A stretch of 64,000 bases of DNA from Owenia fusiformis (lineage: Eukaryota). Below are positions 39,201-54,200 of the stretch, one piece after another. The notes below the pieces were generated by a model. It made no database searches. It was given only the letters and a program-made list of their open reading frames with translations, and had not been told where the DNA came from. A program made the position numbers and the translations under genes. The DNA is taken from positions 36,828,001 through 36,892,000 of the forward strand of contig CAIIXF020000001.1 in the NCBI GenBank assembly GCA_903813345.2. Reading direction: 5' to 3'. Each line of letters opens with the position of its first letter. Position 1 is the first letter of the stretch.

Positions 39201-42200
39201 ATCAAAAAAAAACATTCCAATACAACCAACCACCCACCCACCAAACCACCAATCAAGCCAATTATCAAACAAACAAGCAACCAACCAACAAACTAAACAA
39301 CTAACTAACCAGCCAAGGCAACCATCAAACCAGCCAACAAATCAATCAACTAACCAATCAATCAATCAGCCAGCCAGCCAGCCAGCCAGCCAACCAACCA
39401 ACCAAACAGAGAGACCTTGCAAATCAAAGTTTTCATCATTACCTTTACCTTTCATTTCTGTGATCAGATTTTTAAATGTCATCTCTGATTTTAGCACTCC
39501 GGGCATGCTGAATCCTTTCTGTTAAGTAAGTTGGCTCAAAGTAACCTTGCAGCTTAGGATGACATTTTAATTTTACACACAAGTTGATTCTTTGCCTAAA
39601 TTACATCTCAGACTTTGAAGCATGATTCATTGCCTAATTACAAAAAAGAAAAACAGCAAAGTCAACAGTGTCAGCTACACTGTTTACATACTATTATAAG
39701 TTATTAAGTAACTAAGTTTGAAAATTATGTCATCATTTAACTTGATCACATTTATCTGAATAATTTGTATTTGTGGTTTATTGACAATATGTTTTGAAAA
39801 TAGAAAATAGCATATCATTATAGGTTGTTTGTTGATAATTCCACTAATTGTATGGGTTGTTTGTTGATAATGACATTTATCATCAGAGATCACGATAGTT
39901 GAAAAAACTTGTTAGCCATTGTGGCTAAATCTTCCAAAATATTTTTAGCCAACCAAATATGAATTAGCCATTTTGAAAAACCGTAAAAAAGGGAATTCGC
40001 AATAGAGGTGTCACGGTCCAAGAAAATTTCAGTACGGTACGGAACGGTACAAATGGTCTCAACACGTTACTTTCGGGACGGGACGGGACAGAACATTAAA
40101 AATGATGAAATGTCTGATGATGACAGTTTCACTTTCAGTTTCACTTTTCAAAATCATATTCAGGAATAAAAAAACGTCCATTAAAATTGAATGTAAAGCA
40201 TCTGCCGCGAATGTGATCGGTATTTCACATAGTCTGCGCGGTGTAATATTACCAATTCGTTTACCTTGTGATATCGGAGTCCCAAAATACTTCCAAACTG
40301 CCGACTTTTTCGACTTAGATGCCGGCTCGATTTTTCTATTTCTTTCCTACATCCGGCATACTGATAATGCACTAGATTTGCGAACGACGATGAAGAAATT
40401 TACGAACAAGCATTACCATCTACCTGAAATCGCGGGTCCGTTAATAACACTTTTCAATGCAAAGAAGTGTAATCTAGGTACGAGGTAAGTGAAAATATTT
40501 CAGAACGAAATCGGAGGTGTTCCTCGCTATTTATACACGTTTTATGCATTTTAGTGAAGGAATCTATGTACCGATATTAACCCTTTCTGTCCCATGTCCC
40601 GAACCGAAGCATCTGGACCGAAATTCGGTCCAATATCGGGAAACCGTGACACCTCTAATTCGCCATAACTGCGAAATACCTTTACATATTTTTCGCCACC
40701 TCTTTCGAAAATTCGCAATTGGCGAATGGCGAACGTCTACCGTGATCTCTGTTTATCATATGGGTTGTTTGCATTAATTGATGAGAGAAACATATAATAC
40801 ACAGTTCACGTCTATAATTATGACTATGATAAGTGAAAAAGGAGCTTTTCCAAGTTAATGGCAGATTCAAATATTGGAACATATCCTGCCTTATTGTATG
40901 GGACCATTGTTTGTGTTTGTTGATCAGACATACTGCATGTCTTGTTTACAGTGCCGGTCTTGAAAATCATGTCTGCCACTGTTATATAACACTCAAAATC
41001 TTTAAAAATGATTATTCTGTCAGCTTTTTACTAATTATCGACATTGTTGCACGCTTAATACATGTACTCTTATTTATTTCCTTTGGTAGTTTTTGTTTAT
41101 GAAAAGAAATAAAGGTTAATGTTATAAGGGAAAATCAAGACTGAACTGGAGTTTCACTCTCAGGAACTATATTGAAATGACTTCAGTCAAAGTCTTTAGC
41201 TCGCCTAAATGTCAAGTTTCTGAACTCTAATGAGAATTCTGCCAATTATCTGTACATTTATCAAGAACTGAACGAAATAAGTCAATCTATTATTATATTA
41301 TGTTAGCTCCAAGAACCTCAGAATTACGTGAATTCAGCGGATAATACAGTCAAATTACAAAGCCTGATAAGATTCAACTTGAAAGGGTTTCATAAATTCT
41401 AGGATTTAGATATAAGTAAGCTAATAACTTACTTATTCCTGCATCATATGCAATTACATTGTATACATAGGTTTGTCTTCATTGAAGACTGATACAGAAA
41501 CAAAACGTTTTTAAGAAACTTTTTTTTACTTTGACCCCAAATCATACAATATCATATCTGTGATTTTTAATCTTGGCAATTATTTAATGAGGTGCTCAGA
41601 CATAATTGTAAGTCTTTTTAGAATTAACTTTCAGGATAAGGCCATAGGCATCATTTTGAAGGAAATTAATGTATGTTGGTTAACAAGTGTGTCCAGTCAA
41701 AGAATATCTCATATATTTTTGCTGTATTGTATTTATTTCCTGGTAAAAAAGGGGATGTAATGGCAAGCATTGCATACTAAAAAAATAAGATGCACTGAAA
41801 ATACCTCAAAGTTGAAAGTAGAAAGCAGAAGGTAAAAGCAAAATAAACACCATTACTGAAATTCTCTGCAGTTTTTTTTAACTAAATAACAGAGTCATTG
41901 TTTAACATATAAACGTAGAGAACATAGTCAGCGAGAAATCAGGGTGATATTATAGATACTTTACATCAGTCTTGACTCCTATTACAGCTCAGACAAATGA
42001 AGAAATGGGCTTGGACCAAGAATTGGGAATAGCAATTTAAATTGTTTCATGTCCATCTAATTCGTATTGACGTCATGGTTAACATACAAGATACAGGTTG
42101 ACTAATTCACCCAATGATTTAGTAGGCAGCTAAAACGTGGCTGTGTAAGCAAATGGACACATTGATTTTTTTCAAGAATGTTAAATACTAGTTCCTTTTC

Positions 42201-45200
42201 TGGTTAAGTTGGATTGATTTCTTCACAAAAACCATCAGATTATTAATGAAAAAAAGATGGAAAGTCCAAGTATTTAGATACAACCTCTAATGATTATTTC
42301 TTATAAAATGAATTGTTAAAAATTCTATTTTAAGCCTATAGCTTTAACTGTTACAGTAAATGTCCTTTTGAACAAATCATCTAAACTCTACAGTTGCTTT
42401 TAAGAAATATATTTAACTGACAAGACAGGAAATAAAATAAGTGATTTAAAGTCAATGAAAAGCACAGTGATACTATTGACTATAGCCTATGAATAACAAA
42501 TATAAATGTTAACATCTTGTGACAATTAAACACATTTGCTTCATTTGAAGCAGTTTCTGCATTCCCCTGAACAAGTGAATTGTAAAGATACATTCATCAT
42601 CTAATATTTTTTAATTTTTTTGGTACGTAGTTCATTTTGAACTTTTTCATGATGATAAATACTATTATGTTGGCAAAATTTGCAGGTTGGGTTTGGTTCT
42701 TCAACATCCTAATGTTTCTAGTGTATGTATCTATTATTTGAGTAACATGTTTTTAGATATAATATATTTTGAATATATGAAATATCGTAAATACAGAAAG
42801 CTAAAAACAAAAATATAAAATGCATGGGTGGAAGCAATAAGAGAATAAAAATGCAAAAAGTTACACATTATCTTGCATTAGTCCCTTGTGTTCTCTCTCC
42901 TATTCTCTCTTATTGTGATAACATTATTCAATGTGGGTAATAAAGCATTCAGGGACCATAGCCTTGACTTAAAGTAGGTTAAATCCAAATTATGGAAACA
43001 ACTAATGCTGAAGAAAGTAGATCATTCTACGAAATTGAAACCTTCGTTGAATTTCATATTTATAGCTATTTCTGGTATTATGCTTTGGTTAGTGATTCAA
43101 AGTGTCAATACTAATCAAGTCAGTATTAAATGTCAAGAATCAGTAGCCGTAATAGATCTCCTCATTCCACACTATCTGGCTTTTTTGATTTTCCAATTAT
43201 AACATGTCATTATTGGCCTTATAAATGATGAGGGTTGAATTTGTGGCCCCTTGAATGATACCAGATTGAATTGCAAGTTGTTTTTTGCAAGTTTTAAATG
43301 TCCCAGCAATACAAATCTGCAATAAGAAATTGTATTATGTCCAACTGATGCTTGCCATTTTCCACATCCTGGTTGACCAAACAAACATTAGGCTACATAG
43401 CAAATGTACCAAACTCAAAGGAACTAATGTAATCCAATGTAAATATTATTGTTTTGGAAAGTATATTGATTTATTGACCATTTCACTAATGTGATGGCTC
43501 TAACACCCCCTATCTTCTAAGCCAAAATGCCTGATTTTGATTTCGTATCCAATTAATTGGCAAAATGTTATTGGTCGATAACCACACTGTTTTGGGTTGA
43601 TAAATAAACGCAAAATCAATGCAACTGAGAGCATACTTGTAGAGTATTGCTACTAACAATCTGAAGAAGACCAACAAATCTGATAGTGCCTTGTGCAATT
43701 GTTCTTATCTGTAATATATACCGTCGCACATTGTATATATGCGATCCACTGACAGGGTTCTTCCATATTACAACCCCCATACCGCAGACATATTAACAAT
43801 CTACATCAAGAAAAGGCTTGAATTGTACTTTGATTCCATTCATTAATATGGGGCAATCTCCGTGATTTTTAGGCAATGTGCAAGCCAGTCCCATAGCTAG
43901 GGTAGGGGGGGGGGTCGAGCAAACCTGGCCAAAAATTATTTTAAAATGACAGAATGCAGTTTCTAATTATTCTGAGCACTTTCCAGGTGATTTTGGGCCA
44001 AAATTGGCAAATGTGAACCTCCTGGAATATTTTGAAAATAATATATATAATATAATATATAATTTTCTAATAAATGTCACAAAAATAAGATCTTCAGCTT
44101 GAGTTGAGTTCTGGGTATTACAAGGACATGTAAGAACATGGAATTGTTACAGGCAAATTGAATTGCATGATTGATCTTCATTTCTATTGGGGTTATTAGG
44201 CACTTTTGGCATTATTGAGCTCAGGAGTAATTTAATCCTGGTCCTTTTGAATTCGCTTGAGGTAGACGAACACAACAGATTGATCCTTAACTGTCACCAA
44301 ATTAAGTTACTCTTACATATTCTGGGTTAACACTTTCAATTATTTTTGTTTATGTCTCTATGTATTGACTCTTGAGTATAGGTTAGGATGTGTATTGTTG
44401 TTTGATTGCGAAAGGATCACCTATTGGAGCCAATTATTTTGAGCAAGGCAGATCTAATTTTTGAAACAGTCAACCTGCAATTAATAGACTGTCTGATTCT
44501 TAATGAGTTCATGGTCAGATGATAATTTGTCCTTGTTATACAGCAGTTAAATTGCTTCATTACAGAGCATTTTTGTCAAGATTAATAATGAAGGATTTTT
44601 GACATGGGCGTTAAGGCACAATGATACCATGAGCACATGCTTTGAAGATCCGAGTTGTTTGAACCTACCGTCAAGTTCACTTATACATCAAGACCCGTTA
44701 CACAGTCATGATACCGCCGAGCAAGCTCATTGTATCATCGGGTCTGCTTTACCCCCGTGTGAGGTATTACGCAGGCATAAAAATCCACGGTTAGAAAGCA
44801 TTTTGTCAAAATGTCTCTTGATCTCAGTTTGCCTATTGTCAGAAATTCTACTGTAACACCTGAATGTATAATTAACTAAAATGAAATGATCCAAATATCA
44901 GGAAAAATCAATACTTTCTCCCTAATTGTTTGCTTTGATTTAAATGTTAGCTGCTAGCTACATAGACACACAGTGTGTTATAATCAAATAAGAACACCTA
45001 CTCTGAACAATAGATTTAATGTCCCCCTTGAGGAAGCAATAGCACTCCAACTGTTAATTCCTTACACTCTCATTCCAGCATTTAATATAATTCCAGGTTG
45101 CATCCCATTGTATACTTAAGTGAATGTATTTTGTCCAATATAAAGAAAGATATTTATAAGCAAATGTCTGATTCTCATAAGATAATATTCTGGGAATAAG

Positions 45201-48200
45201 GTATAAAGGGGAGACAACACTGTTGTCATATTAAGGGCTCCTTCAGTGGATGGCCTATGAAAATTTTGAAGTGAGAATACATGAATAGACAAAAAATAGT
45301 GACAGGGAATTCAATATGTAAAGGTAAAATTCCAAACAATGTCAGTACATGTATATAAAGACATAGAATACAAATGCACTCACCCTTAGTTTGTGTTATG
45401 AACGACATTCAGTACAACTCGTGCTAAATGTCACCATTTTGAATGCCCTTTCATTACTTGTTCCTTAAATACTACACAGAGCCTAGAAAGAGAACACCTG
45501 ATGTGAATACCTAATCTGAACACTGGTCCAAGCAATATTCAGATCAAAGACAGGTTTTACTTACAAATGACAGAATAACAACTATCTGTTTAATCCAACA
45601 GAGGAAGATAACGACTATGAGATGGATTACCCTCTCAGTCCATTTCCTCAATTAAATCATCGCAAGGACTCTACAAAAGATGCAGTTAGGAGAGTTGTTT
45701 TGATCCATAAAATCTGAACAAATGGACATGTAGCTACTTAAAATATTTCAAATATTCATTTTCGTTAATATTTCACATTCAAGGTCCCTAGTTCTTACTA
45801 CTGTATATCTTAATCTTATCAAACAAAGTTCACAAAGCAGCTGCGCCTGCATACATTTTCCAAACAAAGAAAGGTATGATAGTTTGCTTGTTTATATGGA
45901 TGAGTGTGTTTGTTTGTTTGTATGTTTTGGTGTGTTGGTTGGTTGGTTTGGCAAGGTCATGTGATGCTTTTTCCTTTTTCTCTATAAAACTCAGTATTTC
46001 AATCAGGACATGAATCTTTCTAATTCTGACTAATACCCCACTCACATTTGATGGCAACCATACAGCAGCCGTAGCTTCCCAAAATTGAGATAAATATGCA
46101 GCATAAATTATAGGGATAAGCAGTGCCATATAGATTTTCTATGTCAATTTTGTGAAATTACGGCTGCCGTACAGTTGCTGTAGAGCAAATGTGACCGAGG
46201 CTTAAAAAATGTTTAAATCTGGTCACAATATCCGAATTGCTACATGAGAGCATATAAAACACTGATATAATTTAATTATCCATTTAGCGTCTAATCTACA
46301 GGAATTAAAGGATGGTATAACAGTTGTGATGCTGGTAATATCTTAACAATCTCCAATGCAACTTTCCTACCCTTAAATCTGAATGTGAAAAGAATGTTAG
46401 CTGCTCATAGGCAGAACATATAGTTCAGGATTTAAAGACTACACATTCTTAAAAGTTCTAGATAATAAAGGAGAGATCACAGTGTTGTTTCTCAATTTTA
46501 AGAGTGGAGGTAAAGTTGATTTTAGAGAAGGCAGATATTCTAAAAATATCATGTAAAGGTTTTTATTCATGGGTTCACCCCCCCCCCCCATGAGATATAG
46601 AAAATAAAGGGATTGTTCTGAAGTTTGGCTTTTTAGTATTATCAATATTCTACAGTACTAATATGATGACATCATAACGCAATTAACCTCAATCCTTAAA
46701 TACATGACAAGCACTAAACCTTTGACTTATGATACAATATTCTTTATGCCAACTGTCAAAGACGTTACCAGCTAACTTAGATTATAAAAATCATTTGTCA
46801 TAATTATCTGGAGTCATAATCCTTTACAATAATGATCCCAGTAATACAACATTAGTCCTATGCCACAATTGTATATTTAACTCAACCATATAAGGGATAA
46901 TTATTAGACTTGACTTGCTTGTGACCAAGGCAACAGATAAGTAATAGCTGAACAGCTTCTCAAAGAAGCAGTTCAAGGAATCAATAGATACTTCACAAAA
47001 ACACATTTATTTCCTTCATCATGGAAGGAGGTGAATACACCTGTCATAGAGGAAACCATTACCTTGGGAACCTGAATTAACCTGAATTGAATAGGATAAG
47101 TTAGATGGGGCACTTCAAGAGCATCCTTTCAAAGAAGTCGGAGTTAAAATTAATTTCTCACTTCATTGAATGCATTTAACACCAATCAGGTCTAGATTCT
47201 AAAGTAAGCACTCCGACTCTGTACAAAGCATGTTTAACAGATTGACCACTAAGTAAAGATCTAGTGTCAGAATATGACCTATTATTTATGATCTTAAAAT
47301 AAATCGGAGTAAGATTGATCATATAAAAACAGAGTTTCTCTGGCATAAGTGGCAATGGATTGACATAATCAATAACCTTATGATCTTATTTTATGTCTTT
47401 ATTGTTTTATTATTGGAAATGAAGATGAAGTCAGGACTGTAACTACTAATACCATAATAAAGTAAGAGGGCAGAGCCCAAGGCAATAATAATGAACTTTA
47501 ACAGCACAATTAAAGGGCAGGGCTACAATGTTTGAAAGATACACAATGTTATAACTACATTGACCGAATTCAAAGTAGGCCCACTAATACCTATAGACTA
47601 TTAACAAATCAACTGAAAACCTTTTTACTGATCCACCGATAGGCATTTTCTAAGAGGAATATACATGTAAGTATATGTTGATGCCATAATGCCAGTTAAG
47701 AATCTTAGTATGCCAAATCATAAAAGCTAATTTTACAAAACTGAGTGTAAGTTTATCATCAAATCAGTTCAGAAATATTTGTATTTTAGGCTTTGCTTAT
47801 AATATATGCTAATATGCAGAATTTAATACAAAACAATATAGACCTTTATTTTGATATTTCCAAGTGCCTGGCATTCGCTGATCAAGCTGACCAATAATAT
47901 TCATATATGTATACATGTATGTACTCAAGCAACCAACCTACCATTACGATATATCAAAATTCTATCAGACTTCCTGTCTATTGTAAAAAGGAGATGTAAT
48001 GAGTATCAGAATGCCAACCTACCAGAAGACAACTCTTGTTTCAAGTTGTACAATTCTGGGGAAACATATTACACAAACAAATATATCTTTCTTGTTCTAC
48101 AATTGAATTCCCTGTACAATTACGTGATGAATTTCTTGAACCTCAACATATTTCCCAGAAGACTACGAAAAAACATGACGCCAATTTATAATTCCTTTCA

Positions 48201-51200
48201 TGTCATTATTGGTATTATCATCCTAGGGAAAGATTCACCTTATTGTCCTGATCCCACTAAGCCATTTCTGTATCAATTGCCGAGAGGTAATTTCGCTCAA
48301 CTGTTTCCTTTGTGAAGTTGATGGATGTGAAATCAATGTGATAAACTCGTGCTGATTTAACATAAGACAGATCCCTGAGGGGAAATTCTGAGTAGGATTC
48401 TCGGAGAACATTAGCTCTGGATTCAGAGCAGTATCTTTACAGACTGTCAGAATATGCTGTTGTTTCTTTTGTGTTATTGAGAATATGATGTCAAGAAGAA
48501 TATTGCTGCCTGTCCCTGAATGCAACTGACAGAAGATATAACAGGTCAATAACCTTGATGATAGCAGGGGTTTCATTAGCAGCAGGCAACAGGCGATTTT
48601 CTCCAGTTGTTTTAACAAAATCGCCTGTTGTTTTTAGGGACTTTTCAACTTTTCCATGTTAAATTATGATTTCCATTAATTTTGTCTGTTGTTTTCACTG
48701 TTGTGAGAAATTGTAGTGAAACCCCTGTGATAGCCTATCCAAAAATATTTCAGACTGATCTCTTCTGTACTAAAAATGTAAATGAGCATTTTATTAGTAA
48801 AGGTGAATGCTGACATTGTTCCAATAAGGAATCTTTTTAAAAAACATTTTATAACCTTTTTACATGTTAATCTTGCAGTATCAGTCTTCCCAACAATTAC
48901 CATTTATAAAATCAAGGTCAATCTCTCCTCTTTAGGTGAAGTATGTTAGTCTGGAGACATGTTAAAAATTAAATCAAGGTAGTTATGCTCAACTTTGTGA
49001 TATCACAAACTATGAAAAATATATATTTTGCCTTGTTATTTCGTCCTTCATCAAAAAAATGTATATATTCATACATGTACATTGTTGTATTTATTTTGGA
49101 AAGGGTCAGGCAAATGCCCATTTCATTTTGTAAAGGCATTGATTTCGTGTAATTCTGGGGTTTATATTCGGCAAACTCTCCATCTAACGCTGTCAAGTCA
49201 CATCCACACAAATCAACAGAGAAGATCTCATTCTAAGTGAGAGAGTGGGCTGGTGGGGTTAATTCAAAACAAAACGAGAAAACTGAATTATTAAAGATTA
49301 CATTTGTATGAAAAATAGTGTCCACTTCGAATTTAGGCCCTATTCCATAATGTATATAAGCATTAAAACTTAATATGTCAACTGATATTTGAGGTACCAC
49401 CTGGACAGACAGGCAAATGAACAAAAAACAAACATAACATTTTCAATATACATAATTTATGTTCATCAATTCCCTTATCTTACCTGACAGATCTGTGTTG
49501 ACTAGGGTGATTGGTGAACGCAGGGGAGGTGATGTAGATGCTTCAACGATCACACCACCAGATGGGTTAGCACCTACATTTCCTTCTGTTGGGCTCTCTA
49601 ATGAGCTTCCCCGAATCCTAAAAAAGATTAAAACCAATATTGATGCACATAATATGATAACTAGACTCCTAAAGGGCTTAATCTGCACTGTCATTTCACA
49701 TGAAGGAGGATCAAATGTCTTTAAAATGAGTGAATATTATTCTAATCTAACTAAAGAATACCCGGCACAAGGGCATAACAATTCAATTAGCATAGGCATT
49801 TATGGTTAGTACACTGGGACTCAACTCTATTGATTAAGATGACATTTTGGAAGAATTACTTGTGAGAAAGAAGTAAGTAATAGTTGCTGCAGAAGATGGG
49901 CCCTTTAGACAAAGTGACAGTGATTGAGTTGACCCTTAAGATCCACACATTTCCACTGATTGGTTTTGAACCTCAACAAGCTCTAAATAAGATACCCCTG
50001 ATCCTGCAAAGAAAAAACCACAATTGCTTCAAAATGGGGAATAAAGTGAAAGGGATTTAATTAGCAAGGAATAAAGGAGACAAGCATAAGCTTCTGGCTA
50101 TAAATTGTTAGAAATGAGACACCCAGGGAATCACGGCTTAAATCATTAGAATATTCACAAGCATATAAATAGAGCAATATTTCACTTACAGGGGACGGGA
50201 CTAGTCCATGGTTAAATTGGCTTCAAACTATTAACTCATAATTTAGATAGTGCAATCAGAAGTATGGATTAAGTAAATGATAAAATGGAAGAATCTACCA
50301 TGGGACATTGCCAAATACTATAGCAACACGGCTATGCTAAGTAGTACATGAAAGGCAACGGGTGGACATAGTTGATGGTTTCATGCCCATTCTGACAAAT
50401 TGGGCCCATATTGTTATAGATCCGAACCAGTACAACGGCAACGCCAAAGCGTAGCGAATCCCATCGAACAGAAATGGCTGGCATTTTTACAAACGAATAG
50501 CAAATATCATAAAACAACACACCAGAAAGGCCACCATTTTCAAAATGGTTGCTCACTAGCCAAGTTGTCATCAGAAGAAATAATATGCTTTTCAGTAGCC
50601 ACCTCTAAAATTTTTGAAAAATCGCACACGTACTTGTAAAATAACACACATAAAAATGGTGGCCATTTTTCAAAATGGCCGACTACTCCCCAAAGTTTAA
50701 TTAGACAATGTGCCATGCTTAAAGTATTCACATATCAAATATGAACAAAATTGATCCACTACTTTTCGAGTTATAGTAAAATATGTTAAAATGGCGGCCA
50801 TTTTCAAAAAAAGTTTCAAAATGGCCGCCTTCTACCAAAAGTGTCATAGGACAGTGTGCCATGCTTATAGTATTCACATACCAAATATGAACAAAATCGC
50901 TCCACTACTTTTTGAGTTATAGTAAAATATGTTAAAATGGCGGCCATTTTTCAATTTTTTTTTTCAAAATGGCCGCCTTCTACCAAAAGTGTCTTTAGAC
51001 AGTGTACAATGCTTATAGTATTCACATACGAAATATGAACAAAATCGCTCCACTATTTTTTGAGTTATAGCAAAAATCGTAAAATGATGAATAAAGGCCG
51101 CCATTTTTCAAGATGGCTGCCATGTGCTTCTTTAATATCTACATTTGTAGCATTATTAATGTCCTTTATAATTTTTTTACATTTAAAACATATTGATATA

Positions 51201-54200
51201 ACAGTTTTACATATTGCACCTAAATTACTGTAAAATCGGCACTAAAATGGCCGCCATTTTGAAATGAGCGGCCATTTTGAAAATTGGCTTTCGAGCAGAA
51301 CTTCTACCCCCATAAGGTATACGTGTACAAAATATGAACAAAATCGGGCCACCGGTATTTGAGTTATTGCCCGGACGGACGGACGGATGGACAGACAGAC
51401 AGACGGACGGACGGACGGACGGACGGACGGACGGACGGAGGCATTCCCTATATCCCTCCGAACTTCGTTCGATGGGATAACAATTGGATCTTCAAAATTA
51501 AGCATTTTTTCATCTAAAAATTTTGACAGACAATGGTACACTTGCATACATACCTCCACAGTATATAATAGTCTATAATGAGGTACTTTAATAAACTGTT
51601 AATCTGTTGGCATAGATCTCTCATTCCATTCATATAATATACAAGGCCAACAAGAAGCAAAATGTCAAAAATACCAAGGCTGATTACCCAATTTTTGAAT
51701 CGTAAATGATTTATTAGGATATAATTTTTTCCCAACATTACAACTCTGTGCTTAACTTCCCATTATTGATTGATCAAAATAGAAAGTGGAATCAAGAAAA
51801 TATAAATCTACATTTCATTGAAAACAAATTGAGATCTTTTGCTTCTATGATAATAAATACTAAGACTTGTATATAATCAAATGTTAACGATCTAAAAACA
51901 GGTCTAAATGAATTAGATAATGAATCATGAGATGAGATGTAACAAAAAGTAATGTTTACAATAAACATAACAAATCATTCTGCATGTTATGCAACAGAAC
52001 TGTACTCTATGCTGGAAGTAATAATTCAATGTCTGTTAATCAAGATAAGGAAACAGAATCAACAGGTTGCCATGGCATTCATAGACATTTAATCAATGTA
52101 CCAGTAGCAATTGTATCCCTTTAGAAAGAAGATCTAATTATATCTAATTGTTTTTTGTTCTTATCTTTTTCAGTCATTTAATCAGCTGTAGGAGGTTTCT
52201 GTATAACTTCCCCAGGCTGTCTGCCAATGGGAAAATACGAGATAAGGCAGTTTCACGTGACCAAATAAAAGAATCATTACAGACTTCTCAGTGAAAGACA
52301 TCTGTGTGATGTCAATGTCAGGGTCACCAGCACTTTCCTTTCACTTCAATGCTAAAAAATAATGTGTATATTTTAATGTACACTTGTCTGTTTTGATTTA
52401 ATAAGGTTAAAATGAGACTCAGAGTTCATGCATATACAGTTTTCAGACTCAGCAAAGCATGGACAGAGTATATTATTTATTCACTTTAATCGTCTTGCCT
52501 GTGGACCCTTCTATATACACTTGTGTCACATGGGCTTGTAGCCCCAGGGCTTGTAGCTATCACTTTAAATACAAGATGCTGAAAAAGAAGAGCCTAATAA
52601 AACAGAAATCTTTTTCCAATCAGTTAATCTGAAAACATAGGATCAAATCCTATACTTAGGGCTGATGTGAAAAGACACTCCACCCCACTCTTCATATGAG
52701 AAATTGTTTAATAAAACAAATATTAAGACATAAAAGACATGTTTATATATTAGTTTATGTTCATTCATTCTCTCATTTCATCAGTATTGCAGTTTAAATA
52801 CATGTTAAGCAGCCTGTTATGTGCTGTAAATGATACACAAGTAAACTCAGGGATGCTGTTCAGAACATTTGTTAATTTTGTTAAAGGGAGGGGGCTAATG
52901 AAGTGAAAAATGTAGATTTTAAGTGAACGCAAATAATCATTTTCAAATATTGTTATATAAGGGAGGTTTAACAATTACAAAATGAATTTTATTTTTCTAC
53001 TGCTAACATATGACATTTGGACACGATCCCTTCTCTAGATCACAAGACAATTAGTAAACACATACACATACACAAACATAAGTGCAATGACTCACAAACA
53101 TTACTGAACAAAACAATAATGATGCAAAAATTTGGCAAAGTATTTCAATTCTCTGTTTAGCTTATTTCTTTTCATGGAACGATTAAGGGGATAACATCTT
53201 TTAGTTTTGTATCTGTTAAAATAGAATATTTTCAAAAACATTTCAGTAAATACAGACCTTACATAATGCATAAACAGTTGTGAGAGGATATGCTAAACAT
53301 ATTGAATATTTAGCCTAGCCTAATGCTGAAAATCGCAATGATGCAAAAATCTCAAATATAAAACAAAATAAGGCGGTACTCATACAGTCTAATATAATAT
53401 GAGGGTGTGCACAAACTGTAGAGTCCTATGGTATATAATGTGGAATATCAGTAAACATAACACAACATTCATTCAATCCATTCAAATAACCTGGAGATAT
53501 AACCCATAAATGGCATTATCAAAAACATTTAGCACGACTACATTTATTAAACCACTTCATTCAATGTTCATTTCCTCCTGCAGTTGGTCATAAATGGGCT
53601 AAAATAAGGGAAGGCTCAGTGACAATACAGAATCATACATAAGACAATGCGAGCTTTATGAAACATAAAGCCCTGTGCAAGTCACTGTACAGTGTACATA
53701 CATTCTCGGTGTAGAAACTAAATGACTGTGCAGCTAGCGAGCTAAATCTTGCAGCCATGGTTACCTACATAACTGACCCCTAGCAACATACAGAGCCCTC
53801 TGGTTGCTGGTTCTTAGTACATTGCCAGGGGTAGGGGGAATATGATAATTTTGCTGCATTGCTTATAAATATGCACTGTAAAAATACAACCAAAACTTAG
53901 TTAGTTTTCAACAATCACTATTTTTTCAATTTCCTCAAATTTCAAGTGACATATACGCGGTTGTGACTGCAGACTACAGCAAAATTAAAGGTCATGTAGG
54001 TTTAGTGGCATCATTCTCTACTAGCTACTCACCCATCAACAGATTCTAAGGGTTCCTTAGAATATTGTAGGGGCTCTAAGGGTTCCTTAGAATCAGGAGA
54101 CCAATCATCTTCGCTTTTAGACAAGCTCACCCAGTTTGCAATTTGTGAAATGCCTGTGTTAACACTAAAATACAAACATGTTAATAGATGTAGAGTTACC

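Noticed and set aside
39139..39525. Q/N/P-rich 128-aa ORF
   Set aside because: It is produced by the tetranucleotide microsatellite.
40102..40882. ORFs inside the nested hAT MITEs
   Set aside because: No transposase motifs; the elements are too short to be autonomous.
44590..44800. GC-richer stretch considered as a tRNA or SINE
   Set aside because: No convincing cloverleaf or A/B box pair; only weak inverted similarity.
47851..48618. Overlapping 154-aa (+) and 127-aa (-) ORFs in an OXR1 intron, as a possible nested gene
   Set aside because: No recognisable domain and no chain of phase-compatible exons that I could build.
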